Positions 59,120-64,000 of a stretch of 64,000 nt of DNA are shown here, one piece after another. A program made the translations under genes and the position numbers. Origin of the DNA: Vitrella brassicaformis CCMP3155 (lineage: Eukaryota; Protista; Chromerida); NCBI GenBank assembly GCA_001179505.1, contig CDMY01000327.1, forward strand, positions 1 through 64,000, in the 5' to 3' direction. Position 1 is the first letter of the stretch. Every line of letters begins with the position of its first letter. The notes under the pieces were generated by a model, which worked only from the letters and a program-made list of their open reading frames with translations, was not told the origin of the DNA and ran no database searches.

Positions 59120-60863
59120 ATGCGAGACATGGATATGGAACGCGAGCTTAGCCTAGGCCGCGGTTTGCTGAGATTCACTTGCCGCCGGCGGGTTCACCCC
59201 ACTCGGCACACCGGTCAGATCACGCATCAGCAGATGGACAGAGGTGACGTTCCGATGCTCCCGATGGATGCCGTGTTGAGAGATGAGCTGGCCACATTCG
59301 GCCCGCACCTCAAGAACACCTTCATTCACTTCGATGACAAAGCACAAGCCGCCAGACCTCGCCCAGAGCGACTCAGGTGACGGCGGGAGGTTACATGGGG
59401 CGGCAGAGAGAGCCGCTGACTCACTGTGCTGCGTGTGTGTGTTCAGGTTGCCCCGGAGTTCGTCTCAGCACTCACTGCCATCGCAGGAGCAGCTGGATGA
59501 GCTGAGCAGCGATCTCCACAGCTACTATTTCCTCAACCGTGGCATCTCCCCGTCCCCCTCCAATCGCCCCTCTCCCTCGCCCGAGATGCTCGAGTCCATG
59601 CTCGTCGAAACCACGAAGAAGCTCCGCTCGTCGAGCAGCCTCATTAGCGGCAGGTCTACCGACGCATGTGGCGGCTCCACATCCGACTCCGACGGCACCG
59701 CTCCCACCGCATCGGGCGACTCGGACAATGAGAGCACCAGTGGCGGCGGATATGTCAAGTTCCCATCGCCATACTCGCCCTCGTCGGCCATGCAGACGGG
59801 CGGCAGGTATGATGAGAGCGAGACGGCGTCGCTGAGCGTGCAGTCTGACGAGTTCAAGGGTGGGTGGGGGGTTCAGGGCATGGGGGGCATGCCGGCCAGC
59901 CCCCTCATGTCCATGACCGTCACTCCGGAGGAGCGCGCCGCTGCGGGCAGCTGGTCCTTCGGCACCACGTTCCATCAGAGAGGTGAGCAAGGTGGAAAGA
60001 AGCCAGGGAGGAGGCAAGACAGACAGACAGACAGATTCCATGAATCCATGAGAACTACGTGCGTGTGTGATCCGACTGTTGAGATGCAGGCACGTGCAAT
60101 CCGTGTCGTTACGAGTGGACCAAGGGGTGTCATTTGGGCAGCCAGTGCCGGTTCTGCCATCACGAGGATCACACACCCAACGGCGCCATCCGCGTCATCC
60201 CCGACGCCGAGACGGTCAAGAACTCATCGGTGCGGCCCGACACCATTCTGGGAGGCAAGAAAACCCGACTCAGCCCACACCAGAACGGTCAAGACGACAG
60301 CCCACCATTCCTCAGCCGCGAGACTTCCCCCGTCCACATGCTATATGCAGCGGCCAATCCGACGGCATTCTACCTGCCAAAGAGGGGCGTGACGGCAGCC
60401 AACGGGGGCGGTGCGGGGGGCGCGGCGCCGCTGATGTACGTGTATTCGCCTCCCGGCAAGGGCATGCGCATGGACAGGGCTGCTTTGAAGACACTGGGAG
60501 CACCGAACCGAAGCCTGTCTGGGTGAGCTCATTCACATCACAGCACAGCACAGCCACACAACACATTACATGGTTTCCCCTCCCTGATATGATAGATGCT
60601 CATCGCATGTTTGCACTGCACGTCACGTTGGTTGTGTGTTGTGTGTGTATGGTATGCAATGCAGGGGTCTGCTTCCGTCAATGCAGGGACCCATGTGTGA
60701 TCCGACGAACGGCAACGGGCTGCTCCCCACACCCAACGGAGCATACCCTGCGCCCCGGCACATCTCGGCCCAGCAGCAACTGGAGCTGGTCGGCAAGCTG
60801 CTGACACGGAACCACCCGTCCCAGCGAAACAACGTGACCGACACCACCAACATGGCCCGGTGA
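59120..60863 (+). CDS. Ser/Pro-rich protein with a KNTFIHF motif and an atypical Cys/His (CCCH-like) zinc finger
   Basis: Exons about 59120-59376, 59448-59982, 60090-60522, 60663-60863. The junction 59982|60090 builds SFGTTFHQRG|TCNPCRYEWTKGCHLGSQCRFCHHEDH; the N-terminal exon has HLKNTFIHFDD. Confidence 0.75.
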
Positions 60864-63800
60864 CGGGCGGACAGGGGGAGAGGGGAGGGGAGGGGGAGAG
60901 GGGAGGGGGACACTGCGTGGCTGTCTGTGTTGTGGGTGGGGTGGTACTGCGTATCCATTACATGTGAGTATCTGTGTGTGCATCCACTCCATCTGCCTAG
61001 CGCTCGTGTGTGGTGTGCATTGCATCGACTGTGCACTCTTCCGTGCGTTGCGTTTATCCTGCCTTGTGAGGTTTGTAAGGAAGGAAGGCACACAGACAGG
61101 CAGACAGACAGACTGGCTGGCTGGCTGGCTGGGGGATTGGATTGGCTGTGTGGGTTCCATTCTACCTACAAGACAGGCACGGCACGCCTTCATGTCATGA
61201 CAGACTGACTGATGGGTAAAAGTGGAAGGGAATGAATGGATTGGTCGTTGTGTTTTTTCACGATCTTGTGGTTGGGGTGAGTCAGTGGTTGTATGGCTTG
61301 TCGTGATGTGATACACGCACGTACGGGTTTTGATTTCCAATGGGGCGACGGGGGGAGGGGGGGGGGGGTTGGATGGGATGGGCCGCAAGGCAAGGGGCGG
61401 GAGGGCATCTGTGCGACGCACATGGCCTCTGATTTGCCCCTTGCGCATGTGCCTGCCTGGCTGCCTGGATGAGTGGACTCCCCTGACTAAGCAACGCACG
61501 GAGCATTTGTGCTGTGTGCGCGAGGCCGAGATTGAGGCAACGACTCACGTGACGCTTTGACGCACACAGCAATGGATGGATGGATTGATGCGAGTGTCTG
61601 GCTGCATGCATGCAAAGGAACTCTCTCTGAACGAAGCACGGATTTTTCGCTTTCTCTGGCTGGCCAACCACAACCAGCACACATCCCATGCCATCACCTC
61701 ACCTACACAAGCAGCACACAACTGGTAGACAGACAGGACGAGAGAGACAAGGAGAGGCAAGGCAGGTTGCGCTGCGCACCTGACTGGCATGACATTGGGC
61801 TTTCTCTTTCCTCCCCTGCCCTGCACGTATGTATCACTGCATTTTTGATGACCTGCCTTCAAGTGGTATGTATGGATGTAGGGAGCACACAGGGAGGAAG
61901 CAAGCAAGGAAGCCACAAACCAAGCTGCTGCCCAGACTCTCCCTCTCCTTGTCTCGGTCTCTGCCACTAGGGGAGCGAAGCGAGGTGACATCCACTCGCA
62001 GGGAAAGCACACAGGGATGCGATCCGTGTATGGTATGCGTGCACCTTTGCATGTGTGTCTGCGTGTGCATGTGTGTGTGTGTGTGGATGGAGGGCTCCAC
62101 GAGCGTACCTTTGTTTTGTCCGCTGGGGGCTCACTCACTCACCTCATATGCCTGCCGTCTGAGTGACTGTCTATAGTCACTCATTCACTATCCATCGAGT
62201 CTGTCTTTGTTCGTTTTCTCTCTCTGCGTTGCTTAGCTGCTCGTTGTGCGTACGTACGTCCGTATGTACGTGTGTGTCTATGTAAGGGTATGTACTGTTG
62301 TAATTCGACAAGCTAAGTAAGTGAGGCACAGCGCAGCGGATGCGAATGCCCTCCCTGACTGAGAGCAGAGCTTGGTGCGTTGAGTTGCGTGCGTGTGACC
62401 CAAAGGGTCAGCGAGCGGAGAGCAGACGACACGAACGACCTCCATGCATTGCATGCCGGCCTACCTGCCTACCTGCTGCTGTGGTTTTGCCCGATGATTG
62501 AGCTGCCTGCGTGATGATATCTATGATGACTCGGGAATCTCGAGAACGGACGCTGCCTGCCTGCCTGCAAGTGTGCGATGCTACACAATGAATGGACGCG
62601 TGTTGTGTTGTGATGGATCTGGGTGAGGATGACGGTTGATTTTGTCTGCCTGCCACCGGTGGCTGCGCTGCTTCTTTCGCTCATGCAATTTTTGTCTCCT
62701 GGTCGACGGAGGGGGGGATCGGCGGGCGAAGGTATGACGGACCCGACCCACAGAGGCCGGTGACGTGATACCACGCCACGCTCGCTTCTTGCTTCCTTCC
62801 TATGTCATGGATGTTGGTGCGGTGCCCTGCTGGCTGTTTGTTGTGGTGTGAGGTTGGGAAGGCGGTTAATGCTCCGGGTGTGTTGCTTTCCGTCGTGATA
62901 CTTACTGAGGTTGCTTACATACACCCATACGTGAGTGAGTGAATGCCGTGATGTGTCTGGCGTGTCTGTGGTGTCCCTCATCCCCACATACTTGACTTGG
63001 AGAGGTGCTCCTACAAGATCAGATCGCTCGTGAGCGTGTGAGTGGCGGTTGCCGCAGAGTCGGCAAGTGTGATGGTTCGTGTCGGTAAACTCTCACCGTC
63101 CCCGAGATCAGTCAGTACCTTTCACTCACATATGGCCATATGTGAGAGAGACGTACGTCTCGGGAAGGGAGGCAGTAGACATACCAAACCCCAGCCCAGC
63201 CGTCCTCTCATCTCCCTCCCACAACGACAGAACAGATCAAGTGCACCTCACCGTGCGTACTTGCTTTTTGTCATCTGCTGTGAGCCTGCCTGCCTGCCTG
63301 CCAAGAAAGCATTCATGTGTGTCGTTATGTGTGTTATATTTGTAATCCCTGCGTGATGTAATGGTTACCGCCATGTCCCTTCACTCACATTCAACCACTA
63401 GCTAGCGTGAAAGATCGGCAGGGTGGAGGCCCATCCCATGGGTGTCTGTCTGAGGTGTGGTGCTGTGTCTGGTGTGCTGCCGGGTGGGTGGGCGGGGGCA
63501 AGGGGGAGGGATGGGTGTGTGTACTCAGGGATACAAGTCTACCGACTTTGTGTATTAGTGAGAGAACGGAGGAAGGACAGACAAAAGGACAGATGAGATA
63601 GATGCACACGTCACGGTATCAGACAGAAACAAAGGAAGCAACAACAGCGACACAGATGGATGGATGGACTGCCTGCCTGCCTGCCTGTTCACCTGCCTGT
63701 TTACCTGCGTCCGTCGAAAATCACCTCACGTCATTCAGTCAGCGAGAGCCCTCCCTTGTTTGTTGAATTCTCTGTCCACATGACATGACATCATCACTCT

Positions 63801-64000
63801 GCCGTGTGTTGTGTGTGTTGTCTGTCATCTTTGTTGTATGTACAGCATGCCCTGTGGTGCTGTGGATGTCTGTCTTGCTTTCACACCCAACCGCACGCAC
63901 CCATGCATTCCATCGCGTGACGTCACACGATCATTCTCACCATCATATCCACCCCGTCAACCTATGTGTTGTGTATATCTTCAGGGATTTTTTCCGTCCT

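Noticed and set aside
60900-64000. Short ORFs in the last 3 kb
   Set aside because: Dominated by microsatellite-derived C/V/H/T-rich translations; no consistent exon chain or domain could be built. A UTR or small exons of a gene outside the window cannot be excluded.

Overview
Intron-rich, GC-rich eukaryotic DNA with short GT-AG (some GC-AG) introns full of (GT)n/(CA)n/(TCTG)n microsatellites. Style and gene content fit a chromerid alveolate, most likely Vitrella brassicaformis (inference). Gene models were rebuilt by hand from splice sites and are approximate unless exon joins are given. Conserved genes: ATG18/WIPI, SDS22, RPN11, a SET-MYND methyltransferase, and a GPR155/LYCHOS-like transporter-GPCR-DEP fusion. 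Lineage-expanded genes: BTB-TLDc, F-box-TLDc, a sulfotransferase-fold protein and a secreted NHL-type propeller. The most striking content: (1) a spliced, signal-peptide-bearing gene with exactly 34 indel-free 12-residue beta-repeats followed by a peptidase-S74/ICA self-cleaving chaperone domain with intact Ser/Lys, i.e. a phage-tail-fibre-like secreted protein; (2) two large divergently oriented paralogous adhesin genes (ShKT-like, LNR, TSP1, Sushi, SEA-like, TM, conserved tail) resembling Cryptosporidium TRAP-C2 and Toxoplasma MIC14/MIC15, flanking the 13 kb block that holds the fibre gene; (3) a 72-aa dually acylated protein ending in an RVxF motif. Two 300-N gaps are present. About 61-64 kb has no coding region I can support. 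No rRNA, tRNA, CRISPR array or transposon was found.
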